From assembly GCF_000011805.1 (NCBI RefSeq), contig NC_006841.2: 32,000 nucleotides of DNA; one strand, written 5' to 3'. This DNA is from Aliivibrio fischeri ES114 (GTDB lineage Bacteria; Pseudomonadota; Gammaproteobacteria; Enterobacterales; Vibrionaceae). The notes beneath the pieces are model-generated. The model saw only the letters and a list, made by a program, of their open reading frames with translations, was not told the DNA's origin and searched no databases. Made by a program: the position numbers and the translations under genes. This document shows positions 18,311-27,651 of this stretch, piece after piece. Numbering within the stretch: position 1 is the stretch's first letter; each line of letters begins with the position of its first letter.

Positions 18311-19744
18311 TTAGATATTATCAAAGTCGAATGTGGCTTTATTTAACGCATTACGTTGCTCTTTTTGTTCTTTTAACTGAACTATTTGTTTATAAATTAC
18401 ATAGTAACGACTTATGTTTGATACATAATGAACCGGTTCTTTACTGATATATTTCAACGCCATTAATTCCACATTATTGAACCAAACATTAGGGTCATAA
18501 CCTTGTTCTTGCGCTTTTTTTCGAATGCGTCTTATTTTAGCAGGTCCTGCATTATAAGCGGCTAATGAGAAGTAGAGCTGATTATCTGCGGATATTTCTG
18601 GTTTATCAAAATATCGTTTATGCACAAAGCTTAAGTATTTAATACCTGCATGTATGTTGTTTTCTAAGGTATAAATATTGTCTATTTGAACATGCTTATC
18701 TTTTGCTGTGCTCGGTAAGACTTGCATGATTCCAACAGCACCTTTATGAGATACGGCTTTATTATCCAACCTAGATTCTTGATAAGCTAAGGCTGAAGTT
18801 AGCTGCCAATCTAAGTTATACATACTAGAGTAGTGTTTAAATAAATCAGACAGCTCGTAAAGCTTATCGATATTATCGGTTTGTAGAATTTTCGCTAACC
18901 ACTTTTCGTCATTAAGGTATTTTTTATAAATTAAATTACCTAGAAATGACCCTTTTTTTATTTTAGTAATGTATTGATTTACGACATTAGTTAGCTGAGG
19001 GCTATTTTTTCGTACTGCCCATGCGATATTAATATCTTGTTTTAATGGGAATTCTTCATGATATTGAATGTTAGGGATGATCTTTTTCCATAGTATTGCT
19101 CGATAATTTTCTATTACGGTTGCTGGTAATAACTTATTTTCAACCATCTCAAGAACTTCATTATCACCTAATGATTCTTCTAAAAAATGAACATCCATAG
19201 GAGCCATATTATTTGACGTCAGTTGTTCATTAATGTTTTGAAGTGTCTCAAAGTAACTGGAGCTGCCTTTTACCCATATTTCTTTACCTGAAAGATCGGC
19301 TAGCTCAGTGATAGGGGCGTGTCCTTTAGCTGTGATTAACCACTCTTCACTGTCTTTTATTGTGGGAGTACTAAAGTCGATATGGCGTAATCGAGCTTTG
19401 GTGATCGCTAAGTGGCCAACGGCAATGTCTCCAAATCCTGCTTTTAATGACCATATTAAATCATCATCAGAGACGGGAATAATTCGAATATGAGTGTGAT
19501 CATTTTTTTTCGCTAAATGACGCTCAAAGTGTGAGAGAAATTCTGAAATTATTCCGATGGGTTTACCATTACTTACTTGATAAAAACCAACTTCCATTGA
19601 AACCAGAACACGAATTACCCCTTTTTTTGATATTTCATTGTAATCACCCTTATAGGATTTGTTACTTAGAGGGGCTAGCTCAAGTGCTTCAGCGTTTATA
19701 GGTAATATAAGTAGAGTAAAAAATAACTTATGGAATAGATTCAT
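18311..19744 (-). CDS. Second MltF-like SBP_bac_3 + SLT lytic transglycosylase (tandem paralogue)
   Basis: Same architecture and clear colinear similarity to 16802-18220 (GSFLGN.IYKKYL, SHKGAVGIMQVLPSTA, YFSLAAYNAGPAKIRRIR, SRYYVIYKQI). Confidence 0.9.
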   Translation of the reverse strand: MNLFHKLFFTLLILPINAEALELAPLSNKSYKGDYNEISKKGVIRVLVSMEVGFYQVSNGKPIGIISEFLSHFERHLAKKNDHTHIRIIPVSDDDLIWSLKAGFGDIAVGHLAITKARLRHIDFSTPTIKDSEEWLITAKGHAPITELADLSGKEIWVKGSSSYFETLQNINEQLTSNNMAPMDVHFLEESLGDNEVLEMVENKLLPATVIENYRAILWKKIIPNIQYHEEFPLKQDINIAWAVRKNSPQLTNVVNQYITKIKKGSFLGNLIYKKYLNDEKWLAKILQTDNIDKLYELSDLFKHYSSMYNLDWQLTSALAYQESRLDNKAVSHKGAVGIMQVLPSTAKDKHVQIDNIYTLENNIHAGIKYLSFVHKRYFDKPEISADNQLYFSLAAYNAGPAKIRRIRKKAQEQGYDPNVWFNNVELMALKYISKEPVHYVSNISRYYVIYKQIVQLKEQKEQRNALNKATFDFDNI

Positions 19745-19948
19745 AGTTTGTCATCCATGATACAACATGATTACAACTTATGTTTCCATACTGTTAAAGA
19801 CAAGGCGTTATTTTACTGTTTTTCTGTCGTTTTATTTTTGAGACGACAACGATGAGCTAAGCTACAATTAAGTGTTTAATTTATGATTATTTAAGTTTTT
19901 TTTTGAAGGGAATAGTAATAGTGAAAATGTTTATTATTCACTAGATGA

Positions 19949-19981
19949 ATATAAGTCAGCGGTTTTTTTGCTGACTTATAT
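19949..19981. other. 12-bp perfect inverted repeat with T-rich loop
   Basis: ATATAAGTCAGC-GGTTTTTTT-GCTGACTTATAT; 3' of the minus-strand gene ending at 20009. Confidence 0.7.
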
Positions 19982-20008
19982 AGATGGTTATGTTCGTTAA
20001 AGAGGGAG

Positions 20009-20548
20009 TTAGAATGTGAAACGAGCAGTCATCATCATTTGTCCGCCATATACGCCATTAAATTTGGCTTCTGCACCCACAGATAATTGTTCTGTTGAGT
20101 GGAATCGGAAATGAACACTACCAATATTCTTGCTGTCATTACTATCAAACAATTGACCGTATTGTGCACCTACTTCAATTTGCTGCATTAACCACACTCG
20201 GAAACCGATATTAATCTCGGTAAGCATTTCATCGCCAAATTTATCACTTCCTTTGTCTTTCACATTGTGTAGTAATAATTGGCCATAAATATCAGAAAAT
20301 TCGTTAACTGGACCGTTAAAACCAATACCACCGCTAATATCCCAATCACCAGAAAATTTGGTGTCTGCTTTTGCTATCAAATGAGAGTTTTCAGTGAATT
20401 GTTGGTTAACTTGAACCCCATAAGTACCAGGGCTGGTTCCAATTCGTGCTTCAAAAAAGCTGTAAGGAAAGTTATTTGCCATTGCTGTCGAAGAAGATAG
20501 CGCTGTTGCTAATAAGAACGCTTTTTTGATGAATTTTGTTGATGCCAT
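20009..20548 (-). CDS. Exported YfaZ-like probable outer-membrane beta-barrel protein
   Basis: Signal peptide ending AMA; alternating amphipathic beta-strand pattern, C-terminal MTARFTF. Confidence 0.65.
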   Translation of the reverse strand: MASTKFIKKAFLLATALSSSTAMANNFPYSFFEARIGTSPGTYGVQVNQQFTENSHLIAKADTKFSGDWDISGGIGFNGPVNEFSDIYGQLLLHNVKDKGSDKFGDEMLTEINIGFRVWLMQQIEVGAQYGQLFDSNDSKNIGSVHFRFHSTEQLSVGAEAKFNGVYGGQMMMTARFTF

Positions 20549-20582
20549 AACCTTATAACCTGATATTTATGAATTTTATCTA

Positions 20583-20609
20583 TAAAAAAAGCCTGCAAAA
20601 AGCAGGCCA
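20583..20609 (-). terminator. Terminator downstream of the YgiW-like gene
   Basis: Minus strand GCCTGC-TTTTT-GCAGGC-TTTTTTT. Confidence 0.8.
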
Positions 20610-20631
20610 GTTTATAAGGAGAGGGTATGTT

Positions 20632-21012
20632 TTATAGTATCTGAATTCGCTCTACTTCAATTTCTGGAGTGCTACCACCTTCATATTCACCAAAAATACG
20701 AACCTTGGTTGTTTCATTGATTGTAGTTGGTTGTGAAATATCATCATCTAACTCGATTTGAATTTCTTTTGTACCATCAGTAAATACATATTTGTCTTTT
20801 CGAATGTGGCGAATGATTCTTCCATCAATAATAGCGTCTTGTTCTGCAAACATACTTGTATCAGTTAATAGTTCCGCAACCGATGTGGTTTCAACCGGTC
20901 CTGTATAGTTAAAAGTTCGAGAGTCGTGATCTTTATTATGTCCTCCATCTGCAAGTGCGATCGTTGGAGATAGGATTAGAGCGGCTGTGATTGCGATAAT
21001 TGTCTTTTTCAT
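20632..21012 (-). CDS. YgiW/YdeI family (BOF/OB-fold) periplasmic stress protein
   Basis: Signal peptide; FNYTGPVETTSVAELL...DGRIIRHIRKDKYVFTDGTKEIQIELDD...VRIFGEYE. Confidence 0.85.
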   Translation of the reverse strand: MKKTIIAITAALILSPTIALADGGHNKDHDSRTFNYTGPVETTSVAELLTDTSMFAEQDAIIDGRIIRHIRKDKYVFTDGTKEIQIELDDDISQPTTINETTKVRIFGEYEGGSTPEIEVERIQIL

Positions 21013-21184
21013 AATGGCTTCCTTTTGTAAATAATTTCTAGTACCTAGTACTTGTCTCGTTTAGTTGTCTCTATTAAAGCAAATACAGTTTGAATCTAGC
21101 GTGAGGGAGATGTTCATATTCCATTCATTTTTAAACAAGAAGCGATAATCGATTGATGTTATTATTCTTGTTCTTAAAAATTTT

Positions 21185-22690
21185 ATGAATTTAGATGGAA
21201 TTATGCGTAAATATTCTCCCTTGATGGTTCAAGGAACCACATCAGATGCTGGAAAGACAGTTCTTGTGGCAGGCTTATGCCGATTACTTGCCAATAAAGG
21301 GATCCAAGTTGCCCCTTTTAAGCCACAGAATATGGCGTTAAATAGTGCAGTAACAGAAGATGGTGGAGAGATTGGCCGAGCTCAAGCTCTTCAAGCTGAT
21401 GCTGCAAGGGTTAAACCGCATGTTCATATGAATCCAATCTTACTGAAACCAAATACAGATATTGGCGCTCAAGTTATTGTCCAAGGAAAGGCGATTGAAA
21501 CCATGGATGCATGGGGCTTCCACGATTATAAAAAGTTGGCAATGCCATATGTATTAGAATCATTTTCTTATTTATCTAATAACTATGAATGCGTAGTTAT
21601 TGAAGGGGCAGGGAGCCCTGCTGAGATAAATTTACGTGAAAATGATATAGCGAATATGGGGTTTGCGGAGGCGGCAGACGTTCCTGTCATTATTGTTGCT
21701 GATATTGATCGTGGTGGGGTATTTGCCCATCTTTATGGCACATTGGCTTTATTGTCTGAATCAGAGCAAGCTCGAGTAAAAGGTTTCGTTATTAACCGTT
21801 TTCGTGGGGATATTTCACTTCTTGTTCCTGGGCTTGAATGGCTAGAAGAAAAAACGGGTAAGCCTGTATTGGGGGTCATTCCTTATTTGCATGGTTTAAA
21901 TTTAGAAGCTGAAGATGCGATAAAAAGTGAGCAATTGGATAAAGGTAAATTTATCGTAAAAGTGCCAGTGGTAACTCGTATTAGTAACCATACGGATTTT
22001 GATCCATTGCGTTTGCATCCAGAGATTGATTTGCAATTTATCGGGAAAGGCGATTCTTTATCTGGCGCTGATTTTATTATTTTACCAGGAAGCAAATCGG
22101 TTCAGGCGGACTTAGAATACATAAAATCTCAAGGTTGGGATAAAGATATTGAGCGCCATTTACGATATGGCGGAAAAGTAATGGGAATTTGTGGCGGTTA
22201 TCAAATGCTTGGTGAGCATCTTGCCGACCCTCTTGGTATTGAAGGTGTCCCATGTCGCGTTAAAGGATTGGGGTATTTATCCATTTCAACAGAACTACAA
22301 AAACAGAAGCAACTAACGTTAGTGGAAGGCACACTAGCACTGCCTAATCAAAATGCGGTCAAAGTAAAAGGGTATGAGATACATGCAGGTGTAAGCACTA
22401 ACTTAGGAAAAGAGCACATACCAATCAGTATTCATACAAAAGATGCGATGAGATATGATGGTACTATTAATGATGAAAATTCTATTTTTGGTACGTACTT
22501 ACATGGCGTTTTTGATGAACCAGAAGCATTTGAAGCGATTTTAACGTGGGCTGGATTAGAAAAATGTCAAGCAATTAATATGCACGATATCCAAGAAGAG
22601 GCCATTGAGCGCATTGCAAAATCAATGGAAGACAGTTTAGATTTATCATTAATTTGGCCTGATGTTTTTGAAAAGAATAAAGCTTATTAA
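21185..22690 (+). CDS. cobQ: Cobyric acid synthase
   Basis: [52 protein letters not shown] motifs. Confidence 0.95.
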   Translation: MNLDGIMRKYSPLMVQGTTSDAGKTVLVAGLCRLLANKGIQVAPFKPQNMALNSAVTEDGGEIGRAQALQADAARVKPHVHMNPILLKPNTDIGAQVIVQGKAIETMDAWGFHDYKKLAMPYVLESFSYLSNNYECVVIEGAGSPAEINLRENDIANMGFAEAADVPVIIVADIDRGGVFAHLYGTLALLSESEQARVKGFVINRFRGDISLLVPGLEWLEEKTGKPVLGVIPYLHGLNLEAEDAIKSEQLDKGKFIVKVPVVTRISNHTDFDPLRLHPEIDLQFIGKGDSLSGADFIILPGSKSVQADLEYIKSQGWDKDIERHLRYGGKVMGICGGYQMLGEHLADPLGIEGVPCRVKGLGYLSISTELQKQKQLTLVEGTLALPNQNAVKVKGYEIHAGVSTNLGKEHIPISIHTKDAMRYDGTINDENSIFGTYLHGVFDEPEAFEAILTWAGLEKCQAINMHDIQEEAIERIAKSMEDSLDLSLIWPDVFEKNKAY

Positions 22691-22701
22691 AGGGAACACT
22701 A

Positions 22702-23439
22702 ATGTTACGAATAACGCTGTTTTTAACTTTAATGATGAGTACATTTTTTGCTTCTGCAAATGTGACGGTTTATGCCGCATCATCATTAACAAATGTAATG
22801 GATGACATTGTTTATGCTTACCAACGCCAAACTGGAAATAAAATTCGTGTAAGTTATGCGGGTTCATCTTCTCTTGCTCGTCAGATAGCTAACGGAGCAC
22901 CTGCTGATATTTATTTATCTGCTAACACTAAGTGGATGGATTATTTACTAAATCAAGGCCAAATAGAACCAGGCACAAATCGAGATTTATTAAAAAATAG
23001 TTTAGTACTCGTTGCTTCAAAAAGTACACCAAAAGTGGATTCGTGGCAGTGGTTTATACAGCAAAAAGATCTACGTTTATCTATGGCTGATCCTAGACAC
23101 GTACCGGCAGGTATTTATGGTAAACAGAGTCTAGAGAACCAAAAACGTTGGGAGTCTGTCAGTCATCGAATTGCATCAGGAAATAATGTCCGTTCTGCAC
23201 TGCTGTTTGTAGAACGTGATGAAGCACCATTAGGTATTGTATATAAAACCGATGCGCTTTCTTCAAAAGGTGTGACGATTGTTGAGGAATTTCCTAATGA
23301 AACACACGATCCGATTATTTATCCTGTAGCTATCGTTAAAGATAAATCATCACAAGAGGTGCTCGATTTTTATCATTACTTACTATCTAAAAAGGCAACA
23401 GATCAATTTATGAAATACGGATTTACCCCTTTCAAATGA
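22702..23439 (+). CDS. modA: Molybdate ABC transporter substrate-binding protein
   Basis: VYAASSLTNVMDDIVYAYQRQTG, YAGSSSLARQIANGAPADIYLSAN, gene order modABC. Confidence 0.95.
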   Translation: MLRITLFLTLMMSTFFASANVTVYAASSLTNVMDDIVYAYQRQTGNKIRVSYAGSSSLARQIANGAPADIYLSANTKWMDYLLNQGQIEPGTNRDLLKNSLVLVASKSTPKVDSWQWFIQQKDLRLSMADPRHVPAGIYGKQSLENQKRWESVSHRIASGNNVRSALLFVERDEAPLGIVYKTDALSSKGVTIVEEFPNETHDPIIYPVAIVKDKSSQEVLDFYHYLLSKKATDQFMKYGFTPFK

Positions 23440-24125
23440 TACTGACAGATTACGAAATAGAAGCGTTACTGCTGAGTTTAAAAATTGCTGGGATTGCGGT
23501 GAGCTTTTCATTGCCCATCGGGATCTTGCTTGCTTGGTTATTAGCGCGTTGTGACTTCAAAGGAAAGTCTATACTAGATGGTATCATTCATTTACCTTTG
23601 GTATTACCACCTGTCGTTATTGGATATTTATTGCTTATTTCAATGGGGCGACAAGGTATTATTGGTAAATGGCTCTATGAATGGTTTGGGTTAACCTTTA
23701 GCTTTAACTGGAAAGGTGCCGCTTTAGCCTCCGCGATTGTCGCTTTGCCGTTGATGGTTCGTGCGATTCGTTTAGCGTTAGAATCTGTTGATCAAAAACT
23801 GGAACAGGCGGCAAGAACACTTGGTGCTTCACGTTTTAAAGTCTTTTCTACTATCACGCTTCCCTTGATGCTGCCAGGTATTCTTACTGGAGCCGTTTTA
23901 GCTTTCGCACGCAGTTTGGGAGAGTTTGGGGCAACAATCAGTTTTGTATCTAATATTGAGGGTGAAACACGAACTTTACCCCTTGCTATGTTTAGCTATA
24001 TTGAAATTCCTGGAGCAGAAATGGAAGCTGCACGTTTGTGTGTTATTTCAATCATTGTCGCCTTAATTTCATTGCTATTATCTGAATTTTTAGCTCGTGC
24101 AAGCAAAAAGAAGTTGATGGGTTAA
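23436..24125 (+). CDS. modB: Molybdate ABC transporter permease
   Basis: Permease EAA-type loop EQAARTLGASRFKVFSTITLPLMLPGI; ATGA overlap with modA. Confidence 0.95.
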   Translation: MILTDYEIEALLLSLKIAGIAVSFSLPIGILLAWLLARCDFKGKSILDGIIHLPLVLPPVVIGYLLLISMGRQGIIGKWLYEWFGLTFSFNWKGAALASAIVALPLMVRAIRLALESVDQKLEQAARTLGASRFKVFSTITLPLMLPGILTGAVLAFARSLGEFGATISFVSNIEGETRTLPLAMFSYIEIPGAEMEAARLCVISIIVALISLLLSEFLARASKKKLMG

Positions 24126-24128
24126 GTC

Positions 24129-25223
24129 ATGTTACTGATTGATATAAAAAAACAACTTGGTGATTTGTTATTAGACGTTAAGTTATCACTTCCTTCTTCT
24201 GGTATCAGTGCGATCTTTGGACGTTCTGGTGCAGGGAAATCCTCACTTGCCAATGTAATTAGCGGATTAACTTCTCCTGAAGAGGGCCGTATTACATTAA
24301 ATAATCGTGTTTTATTTGATTCAGAATCAAAAGTATCGATGCCGCCAGAAAAGCGTAATATCGGTTACGTTTTTCAAGATGCTCGTTTATTTCCTCATTA
24401 TAAAGTGGAAGGTAACTTGTTGTATGGGTGTGGTGGAAAAAGAACACCGCATTTTAACGATGTAGTGAAGTTATTAGATATTGAGTCCTTATTGACTCGT
24501 TATCCACATTCTTTATCTGGTGGTGAAAAGCAACGTGTTGCCATCGGACGAGCCATCTTATCTGAACCAGCACTGCTAATCATGGATGAGCCATTGGCGT
24601 CTTTAGATCTGCCAAGAAAACATGAGGTCATGCCTTATTTGGAGCGCCTTGCAAAAGAGATTAAAATTCCAATCCTTTATGTTTCACACAGCTTAGATGA
24701 AATTTTACGATTGGCCGATAATATGGTGCTGTTAAATCAAGGTAGCGTCAGTTTATCAGGAGATATTACCTCTGTTTGGGGCTCTCCGTTAATGAGACCG
24801 TGGTTAAACGCTTCGGAGCATTCTGCATTATTGGAAGGTACGATTTCTGAATTACATTCAGATCATCCTATGACAAAAGTGACACTCAATAATAGTCAAC
24901 AAGGTATTTGGGTAAAGTCTCCTTGTGATTGTGTTGAAGAAGGAAAAAAAATTCGTTTACGTATCCGCGCTAATGATGTATCACTCATTAAACAGCAGCC
25001 TCAACATAGCTCAATTCGTAATATTTTACCGGTTGTCATTGAAGATCTCAGTGAGGATAAAGAGAATGATGTTGTTGCGGTAAAATTAAACTTATCTGGC
25101 CATGTTTTATGGGCCAATATTACCCTTTGGGCTCGTGATGAGTTGCAGTTAGGTATAGGACAATCTTGGTTCGCTCAAATTAAAGGGGTCAGTGTGACAC
25201 AGTCTGATCTATGTTCAAAATAA
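24129..25223 (+). CDS. modC: Molybdate ABC transporter ATP-binding protein
   Basis: Walker A GRSGAGKSS, LSGGEKQRVAIGRAI signature, C-terminal TOBE-like (MOP) domain. Confidence 0.95.
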   Translation: MLLIDIKKQLGDLLLDVKLSLPSSGISAIFGRSGAGKSSLANVISGLTSPEEGRITLNNRVLFDSESKVSMPPEKRNIGYVFQDARLFPHYKVEGNLLYGCGGKRTPHFNDVVKLLDIESLLTRYPHSLSGGEKQRVAIGRAILSEPALLIMDEPLASLDLPRKHEVMPYLERLAKEIKIPILYVSHSLDEILRLADNMVLLNQGSVSLSGDITSVWGSPLMRPWLNASEHSALLEGTISELHSDHPMTKVTLNNSQQGIWVKSPCDCVEEGKKIRLRIRANDVSLIKQQPQHSSIRNILPVVIEDLSEDKENDVVAVKLNLSGHVLWANITLWARDELQLGIGQSWFAQIKGVSVTQSDLCSK

Positions 25224-25233
25224 GGAAAACATA

Positions 25234-25914
25234 ATGAAGTACCAATGGATCTTATTTGATGCAGATGAAACCTTGTTTCACTTTGACGCTTTTGCAGGCT
25301 TGCAACGAATGTTTGCTGGCTATGGTGTTGAATTTGGTAAAGAAGAGTTTATTGAATACCAATTAGTGAATAAACCTTTGTGGATCGATTATCAAAATAA
25401 TGAAATAACGGCTCAGCAATTACAAGAAACACGTTTTGAAGAGTGGGCAAAAAAGGTAGGCGTGACGCCAAAAGCCATGAATAGTGCTTTTATGATGGCA
25501 ATGGCTGAGATTTGTACACCATTGGATGGTGCAAGAGAATTACTTGATTCATTGTTAGCAAGTAATGTGAAGATGGGGATCATTACTAATGGCTTCACTG
25601 AATTACAAAAAATTCGTTTAGAGAAAACTGAATTTAGCCATTATTTTGAGCTTATCGTTATTTCAGAACAAGTAGGAATAGCAAAACCAGATAAGCGCAT
25701 TTTTGAACATACATTTTCTATGATAGGTAATGTTGATTTGTCTACTGTACTGATGGTAGGGGATAACCCGGACTCTGATGTATTAGGAGGCATGAATGCA
25801 GGTATAGATACATGTTGGCTTAATGTTGATGGTAAAGCCTGTCCTGAGGGCGTTGAGCCAACTTATGAAGTGGCTTCCTTATCGGAATTGAAAACGATAC
25901 TTAAGTCGCTATAA
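25234..25914 (+). CDS. yjjG: YjjG-family HAD pyrimidine/dUMP 5'-nucleotidase
   Basis: FDADETLFHF, ITNGFTELQKIRLEKT, VGDNPDSDVLGG HAD motifs. Confidence 0.92.
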   Translation: MKYQWILFDADETLFHFDAFAGLQRMFAGYGVEFGKEEFIEYQLVNKPLWIDYQNNEITAQQLQETRFEEWAKKVGVTPKAMNSAFMMAMAEICTPLDGARELLDSLLASNVKMGIITNGFTELQKIRLEKTEFSHYFELIVISEQVGIAKPDKRIFEHTFSMIGNVDLSTVLMVGDNPDSDVLGGMNAGIDTCWLNVDGKACPEGVEPTYEVASLSELKTILKSL

Positions 25915-25923
25915 GAAAAAAAT

Positions 25924-25960
25924 AAAAAAGCCCTTAGGATCTTTGTCCTAAGGGCTTTTT
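25924..25960. terminator. Rho-independent terminator
   Basis: AAAAAAGCCCTTAGGA-TCTTTG-TCCTAAGGGCTTTTT between convergent genes. Confidence 0.9.
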
Positions 25961-25994
25961 ATGTAGTAAAACGAATTGGTAGCAATGGTGTTTC

Positions 25995-26171
25995 TTATTC
26001 TTCAGAAGTTGCTGAATCCATCAAATTGTCAGACGCTTGCTCTGCTTCAAGTTCCATTTTTTCTCTATCTGCTTTCGAGATATATTTTGGCTTGTTTGCG
26101 CGACTTTGCTTAGTTTGATTTTTACGGTGTTTCTTTAAAATCGCGTCTTTAACTTTCTTTTTACGACTCAT
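25995..26171 (-). CDS. Small basic DUF2986-like protein (58 aa), absent from the supplied ORF track
   Basis: My own translation of the minus strand: MSRKKKVKDAILKKHRKNQTKQSRANKPKYISKADREKMELEAEQASDNLMDSATSEE*. It lies 4 nt downstream of the DUF2058 gene. Confidence 0.8.
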   Translation of the reverse strand: MSRKKKVKDAILKKHRKNQTKQSRANKPKYISKADREKMELEAEQASDNLMDSATSEE

Positions 26172-26175
26172 CGAA

Positions 26176-26694
26176 TTACCACATTAAATCATCAGGAATA
26201 ACAAACTCTGCGTATGGGTCATCTTCGTCTTTTTCTTCTTCAGAAATAACGTTGTTTAACACTACGATAGACTCATCACGAAGTGTGATTTTGTCAGCAA
26301 CACCAGCAGGAACGACTTCGTAATCATCATTAAAGTTCACGATAGCAAGACGACCTGCAACGAGTTGATCTTGCATTGCTTTATCAACGTAAATTTTCTT
26401 CACTAACGTACCATCAGTAAAGTTATAACCGATATCACCATGTGCACGATCAATTTTGTTTACGCTAATTAGTTGCTTAATCTGAGCAGCTAATTCTTTT
26501 TGCTCTTTTTCGAGTTTCTGCTGCAGGCTTAATTCTTTGTCTCTTTCTGCTTGAGCGAGTTTATTTGCTTCAACCGCTGCTTTTGCTTCGCGATTTTGAA
26601 CTCTTGATTTTTTCGATGCTTTTTTTGCTTTCGCTGCTTTCTTTTGGTTCACTAACCCAGCTTTTAGCATTTGCTCTTGTAAGCTCAGTGCCAT
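26176..26694 (-). CDS. DUF2058 (YaiL-like) protein
   Basis: MALSLQEQMLKAGLVNQKKAAKAKK..., a Lys/Ala-rich coiled region followed by YNFTDGTLVKKIYV, typical of DUF2058. Confidence 0.88.
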   Translation of the reverse strand: MALSLQEQMLKAGLVNQKKAAKAKKASKKSRVQNREAKAAVEANKLAQAERDKELSLQQKLEKEQKELAAQIKQLISVNKIDRAHGDIGYNFTDGTLVKKIYVDKAMQDQLVAGRLAIVNFNDDYEVVPAGVADKITLRDESIVVLNNVISEEEKDEDDPYAEFVIPDDLMW

Positions 26695-26777
26695 ATGTTG
26701 TTCCTAATTAATATTTGCAGAATTAAAATGATTATCCCATGAGTTGTATGGGATTTAAAGATATAGAGAGAAGTAAG

Positions 26778-27086
26778 ATGAAAAGCCCTTGCCGTGCAGC
26801 GTGTAAAAATGAAGGTGGTATCTGCAGTGGATGCAAACGAACCATGAAAGAAATTCTAGAATGGCGCGATTTAGGAGAAGATGGCAGAGAGAAAATTATG
26901 GGGGTTTTGAGTGGTGAAATTACAACTCATTTATGCCCTGAGTGTGGTGGTTCTGCTCAATGTGATATCGCTATGGGTAAAGCCACATGTTGGTGTTTTG
27001 AGCTTGAACCTCGCTCAGTAAATCTTACATCTGACACATCAACATGCCTTTGTCGACATTGCTTAGTAAAAAAGCCTGTATCCTAG
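26778..27086 (+). CDS. Small Cys-rich protein: DUF1289-like N-terminus plus cysteine-rich CWC-like C-terminus
   Basis: SPCRAACKNEGGICSGCKRTMKEILEW and CPECGGSAQCDIAMGKATCWCFEL. ATG at 26778 preferred over 26739. Confidence 0.8.
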   Translation: MKSPCRAACKNEGGICSGCKRTMKEILEWRDLGEDGREKIMGVLSGEITTHLCPECGGSAQCDIAMGKATCWCFELEPRSVNLTSDTSTCLCRHCLVKKPVS

Positions 27087-27124
27087 TTTTTATGTGCTAC
27101 TCTGTGTGGATTAACTTATAATGA

Positions 27125-27138
27125 TTGATCTAAGTCAA
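27125..27138. promoter_or_regulatory. FNR-like site upstream of torECA
   Basis: TTGAT-CTAA-GTCAA, one mismatch from TTGAT-N4-ATCAA, about 280 nt upstream of torE. Confidence 0.45.
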
Positions 27139-27417
27139 TTTTTAAGGGCTTTTTATCCGGTTACTCTTTAGGGGTAATTAACATTATTAACAATTACTAC
27201 ATAAAATTAATTTGTCACATCTATTAATATTTTTATATTTAATTTTTCAATTAAATACATCTCTGGATGAGCTCAAAAAAGTAGTGGATAAAAGGACTTA
27301 TCTTCAAAATTTAATTGAAGCACTATTTGTGAGGGATTAAAATTTACGGCAAATAGGTTCGACAAGTTGTTAACATTTTCTATATTTAACAGTAGAAAAA
27401 TAACTAGGAATATAATT

Positions 27418-27594
27418 ATGAGCAATGTAGTAAAGCAAAGCGATGAAAATAAACGCTCTTCTGAATGGAAAGCATTTTTCTTCATCACAGTTGTTCTTTT
27501 CCCAATTTTAAGTGTGGGTGTGGTTGGTGCTTACGGTTTCTCTGTATGGTTCATGCAGATGCTGTTTTTTGGAATGCCTGGTCACGGCGGTTAA
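27418..27594 (+). CDS. torE: TMAO reductase system small membrane protein TorE (NapE/TorE family)
   Basis: KRSSEWKAFFFITVVLFPILSVGVVGAYGFSVWFMQMLFFGMPGHG; directly upstream of torC. Confidence 0.9.
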   Translation: MSNVVKQSDENKRSSEWKAFFFITVVLFPILSVGVVGAYGFSVWFMQMLFFGMPGHGG

Positions 27595-27651
27595 TTCTTG
27601 AATAAAGAATGCTGTTACTAACGATTTAGAATTATTAGAAGAGATACAATT

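Noticed and set aside
27273-27488. 71-aa minus-strand ORF in the torE leader
   Set aside because: AT-rich hydrophobic translation overlapping the torE start, without RBS evidence.
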